A stretch of DNA of 64,000 nucleotides, from IMG/VR virus record IMGVR_UViG_3300028591_000098, positions 32,001 through 96,000 of that record; one strand, written 5' to 3'. This document shows positions 1 through 9,848 of this stretch, piece after piece; the stretch's first letter is position 1, and every line of letters starts with the position of its first letter. A program made the translations under genes and the position numbers. The DNA comes from a virus (lineage: Duplodnaviria; Caudoviricetes). The notes beneath the pieces are model-generated. The model worked only from the letters and a program-made list of their open reading frames with translations, did no database searches and was not told the DNA's origin.

Positions 1-148
1 TAGTTAAATTTCTAAACATCAAAAAATATGAATACACTAATGTTTTATCATTTATTTTAACTGTAAATCCATGAACATTATTCTCATTGAAATAAATTTC
101 TAATTCATCTCTATTTATTTTTCCAAATGAATTTATTCTTGGTCTCAT
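1..148 (-). CDS. hypothetical protein, runs off window edge
   Basis: ATG at 148 (MRPRINSFGK...), open to the window start, just downstream of the conserved promoter motif at 173-200. Confidence 0.55.
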   Translation of the reverse strand, partial: MRPRINSFGKINRDELEIYFNENNVHGFTVKINDKTLVYSYFLMFRNLT

Positions 149-172
149 ATTTATTTTATTTTTTTCATATAT

Positions 173-200
173 AATATAGAAATAAAAAATGAATTTTCAA
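173..200 (-). promoter_or_regulatory. conserved phage promoter motif TTGAAW-N16-TATATT
   Basis: minus strand reads TTGAAA-attcattttttatttc-TATATT; the same motif and spacing recur at 33563, 35215, 36256 and 48900. Confidence 0.65.
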
Positions 201-252
201 TAAAATAATAACACAAATATTATTTTTATTTATAAATAGTATAATTATATAA

Positions 253-2544
253 ATGATTAGAAGAACATTAAATATAGGATATTATAAATTTTTAACTGAA
301 TATTATAATGTTAATAAAGATAATATAACAATTCATAAAAAACAATTTGTAATGATTCGTAATTTTAATATTATGAATGACATTATAAATGATACTGAAA
401 TTTATATTATGGATGTTAATGATTGGAAAGAAATGGTTAAAGAATACGATAGTGATGAAAATAATTATTTTCCAAATATTAGTTCCATAGCATTTCCTAT
501 ATCTTCAAATAATGTTACAGGATTTTCTAATACACCAACAGATTTTAATTCTAATATATCTAAGCTTTCATTATATAAAAAGAATGATAATAATGATTAT
601 GAATATGGATCTGATGTATATCCATTGTTAGATTCAAATGGAAATACTAAAGATATTAAATGTGATGTCATTAGAATATATCATCCAATGATAAAAAAAT
701 CATTAAAATATTTAATTTGCATAGATAATTATATAAATAATATTCACTTTTATTATTTATGTAAACCAAATTATTTATATGAAACTAATTCAGAAACAGA
801 AATAAAAAGTAATAATCAAATATATTCTGAATATATAGAAATATATTTTCCAAATTTAGATGATTTATTTAAAGTAAATTCAACCAATGAAAATATTGAT
901 ATATATAATGTTTATTTTAATGAGAATTTAAATACTGTTGTTTCAAAAAAGAATGAGAAATTTATAGAACAAATACTTTCAAATAATGGTGAAGAAGAAA
1001 CATATACAAAATTTTCAAATGATAATAATGGGTATTTGATTTTTAAAGAGCAATTAGTTCCATTAAATTTGTTATTACAACCATATAGAATAGCAGAAGA
1101 TGTTGATCCATTTACTGGTGAATTGCATAATGTAAAACTTTATTTGAAACAATATATGTCAATGGAAAATAATTATTTGACAAATCCGTTTAATTTAATT
1201 GTATTTCCATATGATTCAATAGATGAAAACACTCATCAATATTTATTAATGGATGGTTATTCTTCAGTTGAATTAACATATATAACTGAACATAAATTTA
1301 CAATCAATTCAAAAATTGGATTTGATGATAAACATAAAATATCATTAATATCAGAATTTGATTTTCCTAATAAAGAATTATTTATAGAAAATAACAATAA
1401 TAATCTTCAAAAAGCATTATTAGAAGCATATAAATATTATTATAATGTAGATGAAGATAATTATAAATATTATTGGGTTAATAAATTACGTATAGATTAT
1501 CCAGATATAGTTGATGAATTGTTGGCAGACTTTAAAAATTTTTGTTCAGAAAATAATATTAATCAAAATGATGAATATTCCGATAATGAAAAATTAAGAA
1601 TTATGATCGAATATAATTATAAATACAATGATGAAGGTATTTATGATATGTTAAGAGATCCTGAAGTTGAAGAAGAATTTGAAACTGGTATGAATTTTAT
1701 TGGTTTTAGAATTCAAATGGCAACAGATTTACATTATAAAAATTTAATATATAATCAAACATTTACAATAAAATTAGAAGAACTTGATAATTTTTTATTT
1801 AATTTGAATGGTTTATTTGGTTCATGGGTTGAATATCCAGATTTTTTAATAGTTAGAACAATTTTTATTGATAGAATAGAAAATATTTATATATCAAGTA
1901 ATAATGTTGTAATAACTAAAGAAATGTTTAAATATATGATTAATGATAATAATTATTATACAATTGATTTATTAAATATAGAAAATAATAATATGATAGA
2001 ATTAAAAGGTGATAATATAATAAATCCAATTACGATTTTAAATAATTATACAGAAAGTATTAAAAATTTAATTTCAGAAAATATAAGTGATTCGAATAAA
2101 TTAAAAAAGTTAAAAAGTAGTATTGATAACGAATATAAAAAACAAATATTAAATAATTTAAATAATTTATCAAAGTTTAATTTTATAAATAATATTAATT
2201 GTATTATTAATAATTCTAATTCAAATGAAAATAATTCAATTAATAAAATAAATGAATCAAAAATTATATTTAAACCAATATTTTATAAAACACAAGATTT
2301 ACAAAATGTTAGATTACGTAGTGGTGTAAAACAAAAAATAGGTATTAATCTTGTTAATTATATGACAAAGGTTGATACATTCAAATTAAATATAGATGGA
2401 ATAGAATTTGTTGAAAATAGTAGAAATGATATTTATGTAATATTTGAAATAAATTCGGCAATATTTACTTCTTCATCAGGTACTTATAATATTACAAATC
2501 AAGATGATGAATACATATCATCAGGTAATTGGATTCTTTATTAA
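253..2544 (+). CDS. large hypothetical protein, probably virion/baseplate-associated
   Basis: 763-aa ORF directly upstream of gp25- and gp6-like genes; no motif recognised. Confidence 0.6.
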   Translation: MIRRTLNIGYYKFLTEYYNVNKDNITIHKKQFVMIRNFNIMNDIINDTEIYIMDVNDWKEMVKEYDSDENNYFPNISSIAFPISSNNVTGFSNTPTDFNSNISKLSLYKKNDNNDYEYGSDVYPLLDSNGNTKDIKCDVIRIYHPMIKKSLKYLICIDNYINNIHFYYLCKPNYLYETNSETEIKSNNQIYSEYIEIYFPNLDDLFKVNSTNENIDIYNVYFNENLNTVVSKKNEKFIEQILSNNGEEETYTKFSNDNNGYLIFKEQLVPLNLLLQPYRIAEDVDPFTGELHNVKLYLKQYMSMENNYLTNPFNLIVFPYDSIDENTHQYLLMDGYSSVELTYITEHKFTINSKIGFDDKHKISLISEFDFPNKELFIENNNNNLQKALLEAYKYYYNVDEDNYKYYWVNKLRIDYPDIVDELLADFKNFCSENNINQNDEYSDNEKLRIMIEYNYKYNDEGIYDMLRDPEVEEEFETGMNFIGFRIQMATDLHYKNLIYNQTFTIKLEELDNFLFNLNGLFGSWVEYPDFLIVRTIFIDRIENIYISSNNVVITKEMFKYMINDNNYYTIDLLNIENNNMIELKGDNIINPITILNNYTESIKNLISENISDSNKLKKLKSSIDNEYKKQILNNLNNLSKFNFINNINCIINNSNSNENNSINKINESKIIFKPIFYKTQDLQNVRLRSGVKQKIGINLVNYMTKVDTFKLNIDGIEFVENSRNDIYVIFEINSAIFTSSSGTYNITNQDDEYISSGNWILY

Positions 2545-2546
2545 TT

Positions 2547-2888
2547 ATGTTAGATTTAGCAATAGATAATAGAATATTTATTAATGACACTTTAGATGCA
2601 GCGGTACAAGAATTAGATATGATTTTTAATACCGAAAATACTGAGTTGATTGGATATCCACAATATGGTACTAATTGGTTACAATTTTTGTGGAGAATTA
2701 ATCCATCTGCAGAAGATTTAAAAAAATACATTTATGAAAAAATACAAGATTCATATTTCTTACAACAAGTAAAAGTTGATGTTAATGTTAATATTATACA
2801 TGATAATTTTTATGATAATATGTATCAGGTTGTAATTAAAGTAAATGATGATAAAAATGAAAAAATAAGAGTATACGACATAAAATAA
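2547..2888 (+). CDS. baseplate wedge protein, gp25-like
   Basis: about 113 aa; EL.MIFNT..TELIG.PQYGT motif typical of gp25/GPW; directly before the gp6-like gene; ATG 2547 preferred over TTG 2529. Confidence 0.7.
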   Translation: MLDLAIDNRIFINDTLDAAVQELDMIFNTENTELIGYPQYGTNWLQFLWRINPSAEDLKKYIYEKIQDSYFLQQVKVDVNVNIIHDNFYDNMYQVVIKVNDDKNEKIRVYDIK

Positions 2889-2889
2889 T

Positions 2890-4566
2890 ATGAAATTATT
2901 TACAACATATCAAACAATGTTTAACAATTTTGATCAAACTGTTAGATCATATTTGTCAAAAACATTAAATAATTTAGGATTACAATATTCGCATTCACAA
3001 ATTTTTGGTGTAATATTTGATGGTATTAAAGGTATTATGCAAAATATGCTTTTCTATATAGAAGATGCATTAACAGAACAAAATATCTTTACTGCTACAC
3101 GTAGAAAATCAATTTATTCATTGGCTAAAGTTTCAGGATATACACCTTATTATGGTTCAGCTGCACAAGGAACTGTAATGGCACGTTTACAAATAAATAA
3201 TGGATTAGAATCACAAACAACGAAATTATATATTAAAAACAATACAAAAATAATCAATAAAAATACTAATATAACATATTTAATTGATCTTCCTACTGAT
3301 TATTATGTTGTTGATATTTCTAAACCATTAATAAATCATGAATTTAAAATAATTCAGGGATATTTTGATAGAGCACAATTTGTGGCTAAAGGATATGCCC
3401 TTGAAAATTTTGAAATAACAACTGTTGATTTATTTGATAAAGAATATATTAAATTAAAAATTAATGGGGTAGAATGGAAACAAGTACCTTCATTATATGA
3501 TATGACAGAAAATGGTCATGAATATGTATGTGAATTAAGTTATGATGAAAAAATAAATATTATGTTCGGTAATGATATTTATGGTTCTAAACTTAATAAT
3601 GGTGATGTTGTAGTTGTAGAATATTTGAAACATTCAGGTATAATGGGAAATATATTATCAGATGAAATTACTGATTTTAAATTTGCCGATTATGGTGAAG
3701 ATGTTTATGGAAATGGTGTCGATATTAATAATTATCTTAAAATAGATATGGTTAATTGTATTTCTGGAGGTAATAATTCTGACTCAATAGAATTTATACG
3801 TAATATGATAGGTAAGAATTCTCGTTCATTAGTATTAGCATCTAAAGACAATTTTGAATTATTTTTTAAACGTTTCTCTTTTATTGGTAATGTGAATTGT
3901 TGGGCAGAAAATAATTCAATGTTTATTGTTGCATCATGTACTAGAAATATAAATAATGAATTGAAAACCCCGGAAGATTATTTTAAAATCAATACGAATG
4001 ATCTTTTTCTTAAGAAAACAGAAAAGGAAATGATACAAAACACACTTGAAAATTCTAAACGTGCATTTGCTGGTGTATCTCTTAAATTTGAAGATCCTAT
4101 TATTCGTAAATTCGCAATAATATGTTATGTAAAAATAGAAAACACATATCAAAAACATATTGTAGAAACTGCAATAAAAAGATATTTAGCAGAATATTTC
4201 TTAAAGAGATTAATTAATACACAATTCATTGCAAAATCAGATATTATCAAATATTTACTTGATAATATTCCTGAAATTAAATCATTAAACATTTCAATAT
4301 TCTCAGGTATGGCTGAAGATGCATATAAGAATTCTTATTATTATAAATATGTATTTAAAAATGTTAATGGTACATATGAATATGATAAAAAGAAAATTAT
4401 ATATGAAAAAAATTCTACACCAGGATTAGATACATTTGAAAATATATCATTAGATTCTAAAATAGAAATGCCAATACTATCAAATATTACGTATTATCAA
4501 AATAAAGATATAAATAATAAAAATAATAGTATAACAATGGATGCAGTCCAAGTATATTTTGCATAA
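2890..4566 (+). CDS. baseplate wedge subunit, T4 gp6-like
   Basis: EQNIFTATRRKSIYSLAKVSGYTP..AA, I.FGNDIYG and SGGNNSDSIEFIR motifs of the gp6/baseplate J family. Confidence 0.8.
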   Translation: MKLFTTYQTMFNNFDQTVRSYLSKTLNNLGLQYSHSQIFGVIFDGIKGIMQNMLFYIEDALTEQNIFTATRRKSIYSLAKVSGYTPYYGSAAQGTVMARLQINNGLESQTTKLYIKNNTKIINKNTNITYLIDLPTDYYVVDISKPLINHEFKIIQGYFDRAQFVAKGYALENFEITTVDLFDKEYIKLKINGVEWKQVPSLYDMTENGHEYVCELSYDEKINIMFGNDIYGSKLNNGDVVVVEYLKHSGIMGNILSDEITDFKFADYGEDVYGNGVDINNYLKIDMVNCISGGNNSDSIEFIRNMIGKNSRSLVLASKDNFELFFKRFSFIGNVNCWAENNSMFIVASCTRNINNELKTPEDYFKINTNDLFLKKTEKEMIQNTLENSKRAFAGVSLKFEDPIIRKFAIICYVKIENTYQKHIVETAIKRYLAEYFLKRLINTQFIAKSDIIKYLLDNIPEIKSLNISIFSGMAEDAYKNSYYYKYVFKNVNGTYEYDKKKIIYEKNSTPGLDTFENISLDSKIEMPILSNITYYQNKDINNKNNSITMDAVQVYFA

Positions 4567-4586
4567 ATTAAATAATAATATATAAT

Positions 4587-6191
4587 ATGAAATCAGTTAA
4601 TTTTTTAGATTTTTTAAATAAAAGAAAAACCGCATTAGTTAATGAATCATTTTCCGAAAAAACAATAGATAAAGGAATTGAATTAATAACTAAAATTTTA
4701 AATAAACATATTGATGGTTTGATTCCATTAGAAGGTATTGTTATTAATAAAGTTGAAGATAAGAAAGTTTATTCGAAACAATTTATGGTATTACATAATA
4801 AGAATTTTGGAAAGACTTCATTATTTCAAATTAATTTTGTTAATAACGAAGTATATTCAATTGATTTTTTTAATGATCTTGAATTATTGTTTAATGGTAA
4901 GTCAAAAGCAAACTTAACATTATATACATTAGGAAAATCAATTGCATATTATCTTCCAATTATTTGGACTGTTGCAGTTAATCAAAACTATAGTTTATCA
5001 GAAAAAGAAGCTATTGAATTAGGACGTTCTGTATTTAAATCTTCAAAAATAAAAGAAAGTAAATATTACATTGGAGCATTAGAATATAGAATAATTGAAA
5101 ATTTGTCATTAGATAAAATTGACGAAATATTTAAAATGACTACTGAAGCAGTCGATCAAGATCTTAAAGATTTTAAAAACAAAAAACGTGATGAAAGAGA
5201 CGAAGCATTTAATAATCGTAAAAACTCAATAGACGATTATAATAGATATAAAGAATTAGATAAAGAATATCATGCTATATATGATGCAATAAAAGGTGGG
5301 GTGACAACATTACAAGAACTTAAAATTGTATTGAAGCATAATATGAATATTACAATGGAGTTTGATGATGAGCTTGAAAAAATAAATACTGATTTTAAAG
5401 CTAAAACAGAAGATCCAAAGGTTGTATTCAAAAAAATGGCTGCATATGTAAACATGGTTATTAATGGTACCAATCCTTCAGTGATTCTTTGTGGTGCACC
5501 AGGTGTTGGTAAGACATATCGTATCAAACAACAACTTAAAGCACATAATTATGTAGAAGGTCAAAACTTATTTACTATTAAAGGTAAATGCACACCAAGA
5601 GTTCTTTATACAACACTTTATGATTTCCAGAAAAAAGGTGAAATAGTTGTAATAGATGATGCAGATGGATTAGTTGGTCCAAAAGCTCCAGAAGATTGTA
5701 TAAATATTCTTAAGGGTGCATTAGATTCTACTTCTGATGATGAAGGTCGTTTAGTATCTTATGGTATAGCTGGTAAACTTGTAGATGATGAAGGTATAGA
5801 ACTTCCAAAGAGATTTTATTATAACGGTGGAATAATTGTTATAACAAACTATAATGCAGGTTCATTAGATACTGCTCTTCGTGGACGTTCATTTATACAA
5901 GACATACACTTCACAACAGAAGATATATTGAAAATCATTAAAGATTTGATGCCTTCATTAGATCCACAACATTTAAAAGAAAAATCAAAGCAAAAGGCAT
6001 ATGATTATTTAGTTGAACTTGCTGAGAAAAAAGAAAAAATGGAAATCTCTATTCGTACATTTACTATATGTGCTAAAATATTTGAATCATGTTCAGATAT
6101 GGAAGATATGAGTGATGATGATTGTAGAGCAATGATTAAAGAGCAAATGAAACTACAATCATTAAGGGCTTCTCGTAATGCTAAATATTAA
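4587..6191 (+). CDS. AAA+ ATPase with long N-terminal region
   Basis: Walker A GAPGVGKT, Walker B VVIDDAD, sensor IVITN, Arg finger ALRGR. Confidence 0.8.
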   Translation: MKSVNFLDFLNKRKTALVNESFSEKTIDKGIELITKILNKHIDGLIPLEGIVINKVEDKKVYSKQFMVLHNKNFGKTSLFQINFVNNEVYSIDFFNDLELLFNGKSKANLTLYTLGKSIAYYLPIIWTVAVNQNYSLSEKEAIELGRSVFKSSKIKESKYYIGALEYRIIENLSLDKIDEIFKMTTEAVDQDLKDFKNKKRDERDEAFNNRKNSIDDYNRYKELDKEYHAIYDAIKGGVTTLQELKIVLKHNMNITMEFDDELEKINTDFKAKTEDPKVVFKKMAAYVNMVINGTNPSVILCGAPGVGKTYRIKQQLKAHNYVEGQNLFTIKGKCTPRVLYTTLYDFQKKGEIVVIDDADGLVGPKAPEDCINILKGALDSTSDDEGRLVSYGIAGKLVDDEGIELPKRFYYNGGIIVITNYNAGSLDTALRGRSFIQDIHFTTEDILKIIKDLMPSLDPQHLKEKSKQKAYDYLVELAEKKEKMEISIRTFTICAKIFESCSDMEDMSDDDCRAMIKEQMKLQSLRASRNAKY

Positions 6192-6230
6192 TTATTATTA
6201 ATTATAAATTTAATGACATATATATAATTT

Positions 6231-6635
6231 ATGAAATCAATTAAAGATATAATATTAGAAGGAAAAGATCAATCTATTATATCAACATTTAAAGATGGAG
6301 AAAATTCAATGCTTTCAATGATCGCTAAGCGTATTGAAAAATGGGATAAAAATTCAGGTAAACATTCTCAAGAACCAATGTTTTTGACAGACATTAATTT
6401 TTCAAATATGTCATGGGAAACTGTTGATTCTTTAAATATTGAAGTTGGTGATCCAAATAATAGTACTGATAATTCTAAGAATGTTGGTTTATATGATGGA
6501 TTCTTAAAAGAGTATATTATGGGTGAGAAAACTCCTAATGAACAATATATACTTGGTGTATTTATTGATAGATGTTTCTTACCTATTGTTGATAAAGAAA
6601 CATTCGATAAATTTTGGAATAAATTAAATAAATAA
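6231..6635 (+). CDS. putative internal head protein (capsid-targeting-like leader)
   Basis: starts MKSIKDIILE|G. Confidence 0.6.
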   Translation: MKSIKDIILEGKDQSIISTFKDGENSMLSMIAKRIEKWDKNSGKHSQEPMFLTDINFSNMSWETVDSLNIEVGDPNNSTDNSKNVGLYDGFLKEYIMGEKTPNEQYILGVFIDRCFLPIVDKETFDKFWNKLNK

Positions 6636-6637
6636 TT

Positions 6638-7387
6638 ATGAAAGATTTATATACATACCTATTAGAAGAAAAAATCTTAGATAATAAATCCATATATCTT
6701 TGGAATTATGTTCAAATGAATGAATGGAATGAACAACAAATACTTAAAAAACTTGAAGATACATTAATTGATTTTGGAATGAAATGTACTTTTGTTATGG
6801 TAGATGTTGCTAAAAATAAAAATTATCAAGAAGAGCATGATTATCCTATAAAACTTAGAGATGCAGCAATTAAAGCATCAAAAGAGTATAAATCATTTGA
6901 TAAGAAAAATGATAAAGAAAAGGAAAAATGGATTCTTAACAAAATTGAAGAAATTAAAAAGAATGCAGAATATTTAACTAAAGATGATGGACGTTTAAAA
7001 CATTTAGTTAAAGATACTAATAAGGTTCCATTGATAGTTCCCCCAACAAAAATAGATTTAACAACAATTGGATTAAATGATTTCAATATACATATTAAAT
7101 CAGATATTCATAATCAAATGAGCGAAAGGGTTATTAAATGGAAATCTGATAATGTTAAAGAATTATCTAAAGAAATATTTGATGCATTTCCAAAGAATGA
7201 TGAATTTAAAGAACATTTTAAAGGATTCGCAATATATACCAAAAATCAAGTAATAAACAAATTTGATTCAATATATATAACATTTATGTTTGATGATGAA
7301 TTTGAAAACACATTAGAAAAAAATATTAAAAGATTCTCAGATAAAATGCGTGATTTATATGCATCAGGAGAATATATGGGAGACTAA
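6638..7387 (+). CDS. putative internal head protein (capsid-targeting-like leader)
   Basis: starts MKDLYTYLLE|E. Confidence 0.55.
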   Translation: MKDLYTYLLEEKILDNKSIYLWNYVQMNEWNEQQILKKLEDTLIDFGMKCTFVMVDVAKNKNYQEEHDYPIKLRDAAIKASKEYKSFDKKNDKEKEKWILNKIEEIKKNAEYLTKDDGRLKHLVKDTNKVPLIVPPTKIDLTTIGLNDFNIHIKSDIHNQMSERVIKWKSDNVKELSKEIFDAFPKNDEFKEHFKGFAIYTKNQVINKFDSIYITFMFDDEFENTLEKNIKRFSDKMRDLYASGEYMGD

Positions 7388-7390
7388 ATT

Positions 7391-7774
7391 ATGAAAGTTA
7401 TAAAAAATAATTTTATTCCTTGGGGAGATGCTGATTATATTAATGTATTTGGTGTAATATTTACAAAAAAAGATAATGACAAATTATCTAAAAAGGTTCT
7501 TAATCATGAATCTATACATACATTACAAATGAAATATTTGTTATATATTCCATTTTATATTTTATATGTAATAGAATGGTTGTTAAAAATACCAGTATCT
7601 ATGTTTATAAATCAATCAAAATATGATCTTTTAGATTATGCATATAGATCAATATCTTTTGAACAAATGGCATATTATAATGATAAAAATTATGATTATT
7701 TAGAAACTGCAAATCCTTATGAATGGGTAAAATATATATTTAAAATGTATGAAATCAATAGAAGAAATAGCTAG
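7391..7774 (+). CDS. HExxH zinc-metallopeptidase-like membrane protein
   Basis: NHESIH motif, hydrophobic LYIPFYILYVIEW stretch and AYRSISFEQMAY. Confidence 0.6.
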   Translation: MKVIKNNFIPWGDADYINVFGVIFTKKDNDKLSKKVLNHESIHTLQMKYLLYIPFYILYVIEWLLKIPVSMFINQSKYDLLDYAYRSISFEQMAYYNDKNYDYLETANPYEWVKYIFKMYEINRRNS

Positions 7775-8036
7775 TGAAAATTCGCAAGTAAATGAATCAT
7801 TAGTATATGATCAAATAATACAAAAACTTAATGAAGCAAAAGAAGCTGGTACACCTATAGATGAAGGTTTGCTTGGTGCTGTTGGTGGTGCAATTTTGGG
7901 TACTGCATTTGGACCTAAATTAGGAGGAGCAATATGTAAAGCTCTTGGTGTAGATGTTAAGGGTGCATTTGGCTCATTAATAACATCTCGTCTTGTAATG
8001 GGTGCGATAGGTACAACAATGGGATGGAGAATGTAA
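7749..8036 (+). CDS. glycine-zipper protein with acidic pro-region
   Basis: MKSIEEIASE leader; VNE, LNE and IDE sites; then GLLGAVGGAILG... hydrophobic Gly-rich C-terminus. Confidence 0.6.
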   Translation: MKSIEEIASENSQVNESLVYDQIIQKLNEAKEAGTPIDEGLLGAVGGAILGTAFGPKLGGAICKALGVDVKGAFGSLITSRLVMGAIGTTMGWRM

Positions 8037-8040
8037 TAAT

Positions 8041-8718
8041 ATGAAAAACTTACAAGATATAATACAAGAAAAACTTCAAATAGGAAGTAAAACAAAAGTT
8101 AGTTCACATAAATATCAACCAAAAAATAGAGATGAATTAAAAGAATTAGTAGATCATCTTATTGAAGAAAGAGGATTATTTGCTAATTTAAATGACATTG
8201 ATACTTCTAAAATAGATGATATGTCTAAATTATTTTTTGAATCAAACTTTAATGGTGACATATCTAAATGGGATGTAAGTAATGTTGAAAATATGTTTCG
8301 TATTTTTAGCCGTTCTAATTTTAATGGCGATATATCTAATTGGGATGTAAGTAAAGTAGAAAATATGGAATGTATGTTCTCAGCATGTGAATTTAATAAA
8401 GATATATCGAAGTGGAACGTAAGTAATGTCAAAAATATGGGTGGTATGTTTGCTAATGGTTTTTTTGATAAAGATATATCAAAATGGGATGTTAGTAATG
8501 TAACTAATATGGACGAAATGTTTGAAAATTCTGTATTTAAAGGTGATATATCAAAATGGGACGTACGTAATGTTGAAGATATGTATTGTATGTTTTATAA
8601 TTCCAAATTTAATGGTGATATATCTAAATGGAATGTTAAAAAATGTAAAAAAATGAGTTTTATGTTTGATGAATCTCCTTTAAAAAATCATCCACCTAAA
8701 TGGTATAGTGAGAAATAA
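8041..8718 (+). CDS. DUF285/BspA-like repeat protein (6 repeats) with capsid-targeting-like leader
   Basis: MKNLQDIIQEKLQIGSK leader; 24-aa FNGDISKWDVSNVxxMxxMF repeats; PPKWY cap. Confidence 0.85.
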   Translation: MKNLQDIIQEKLQIGSKTKVSSHKYQPKNRDELKELVDHLIEERGLFANLNDIDTSKIDDMSKLFFESNFNGDISKWDVSNVENMFRIFSRSNFNGDISNWDVSKVENMECMFSACEFNKDISKWNVSNVKNMGGMFANGFFDKDISKWDVSNVTNMDEMFENSVFKGDISKWDVRNVEDMYCMFYNSKFNGDISKWNVKKCKKMSFMFDESPLKNHPPKWYSEK

Positions 8719-8722
8719 TAAT

Positions 8723-9268
8723 ATGAAAAACTTACAAGACATAATACAGGAGAAACTCCAAATTGGATCTAAATCTAAAATTAGTAGTTATAAGTATCAC
8801 CCAAAAGATAGAGATGAATTGATAAAAATAATCAAAACATTATTAGATGAACGCGGAAAAGATGCAAATTTAAACGATATTGATACATCTAAAATAACTG
8901 ATATGTCTTATTTATTTAAATGGTTTGATCCTCATAATATAGATATATCTAAATGGGATTTATCCAATGTTACTGATATACATGGTATGTTTTCTGGATG
9001 TAATAAATTTAATTGTGATTTGTCTAATTGGAATGTATCTAATGTTAAAAATATGGGTGTTATGTTTAATGGTTGCGAAAAATTTAATTCGGATTTAAGC
9101 GAATGGGACATATCTAATGTTAAAAATATGTATGGTATGTTTTATGATTGTAAAAATTTTAATTCAGATTTAAATAATTGGGATGTATCTAATGTTGAAA
9201 ATACAAGATTTATGTTTATTGGCAGTCCTTTACAAAAAACTCCCCCAAAATGGTATTATAAATCATAA
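8723..9268 (+). CDS. DUF285/BspA-like repeat protein (4 repeats) with capsid-targeting-like leader
   Basis: ATG at 8723 gives the MKNLQDIIQE leader; 25-aa WDVSNV repeats. Confidence 0.85.
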   Translation: MKNLQDIIQEKLQIGSKSKISSYKYHPKDRDELIKIIKTLLDERGKDANLNDIDTSKITDMSYLFKWFDPHNIDISKWDLSNVTDIHGMFSGCNKFNCDLSNWNVSNVKNMGVMFNGCEKFNSDLSEWDISNVKNMYGMFYDCKNFNSDLNNWDVSNVENTRFMFIGSPLQKTPPKWYYKS

Positions 9269-9294
9269 ATGATTAAAATTAATATAAAAATAAG

Positions 9295-9759
9295 ATGAAA
9301 AACTTACAAGACATAATACAAGAGAAACTTCAGATTGGATCTAAATCTAAAATTAGTCAATATAAATATCATCCTAAAAATTGGAATGAATTAAAAGTAT
9401 TATTAAAACGATTATTAAGTGAACGTGGTAAAGATGCTGATTTAAATGATATTGATATATCTAAAATAACTAATATGGCAAGGTTATTTATTGGTTTAGA
9501 TCCTCATAATATAGATATATCTAAATGGAACGTATCTAATGTAACAAATATGGGGGACATGTTTGATGGATGTAAAAACTTTGATTCAGACTTAAGTGAA
9601 TGGGATGTATCTAATGTTAAAGATATGGATGGTATGTTTTATTTATGTAAAAATTTTAATTCAGATTTAAGTGAATGGGATGTATCTAAAGTAAAAAATA
9701 TGAGATTCATGTTTAATGGTAGTCGACTAGAAAAAAATCCACCGAAATGGTATAAATAA
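9295..9759 (+). CDS. DUF285/BspA-like repeat protein (3 repeats) with capsid-targeting-like leader
   Basis: MKNLQDIIQE leader; WDVSNV repeats; NPPKWYK cap. Confidence 0.85.
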   Translation: MKNLQDIIQEKLQIGSKSKISQYKYHPKNWNELKVLLKRLLSERGKDADLNDIDISKITNMARLFIGLDPHNIDISKWNVSNVTNMGDMFDGCKNFDSDLSEWDVSNVKDMDGMFYLCKNFNSDLSEWDVSKVKNMRFMFNGSRLEKNPPKWYK

Positions 9760-9848
9760 AAAATAACAAATTTTATTATTATTATATAAATAACAATATT
9801 ATTAAATATTGTTTATAACATTATAAAAATATAACAAATATATAAGTT

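Noticed and set aside
231-238. T4 late promoter TATAAATA upstream of 253 (also at 9785-9792)
   Set aside because: The octamer is expected often by chance at this AT content and is not consistently present before the other late genes.
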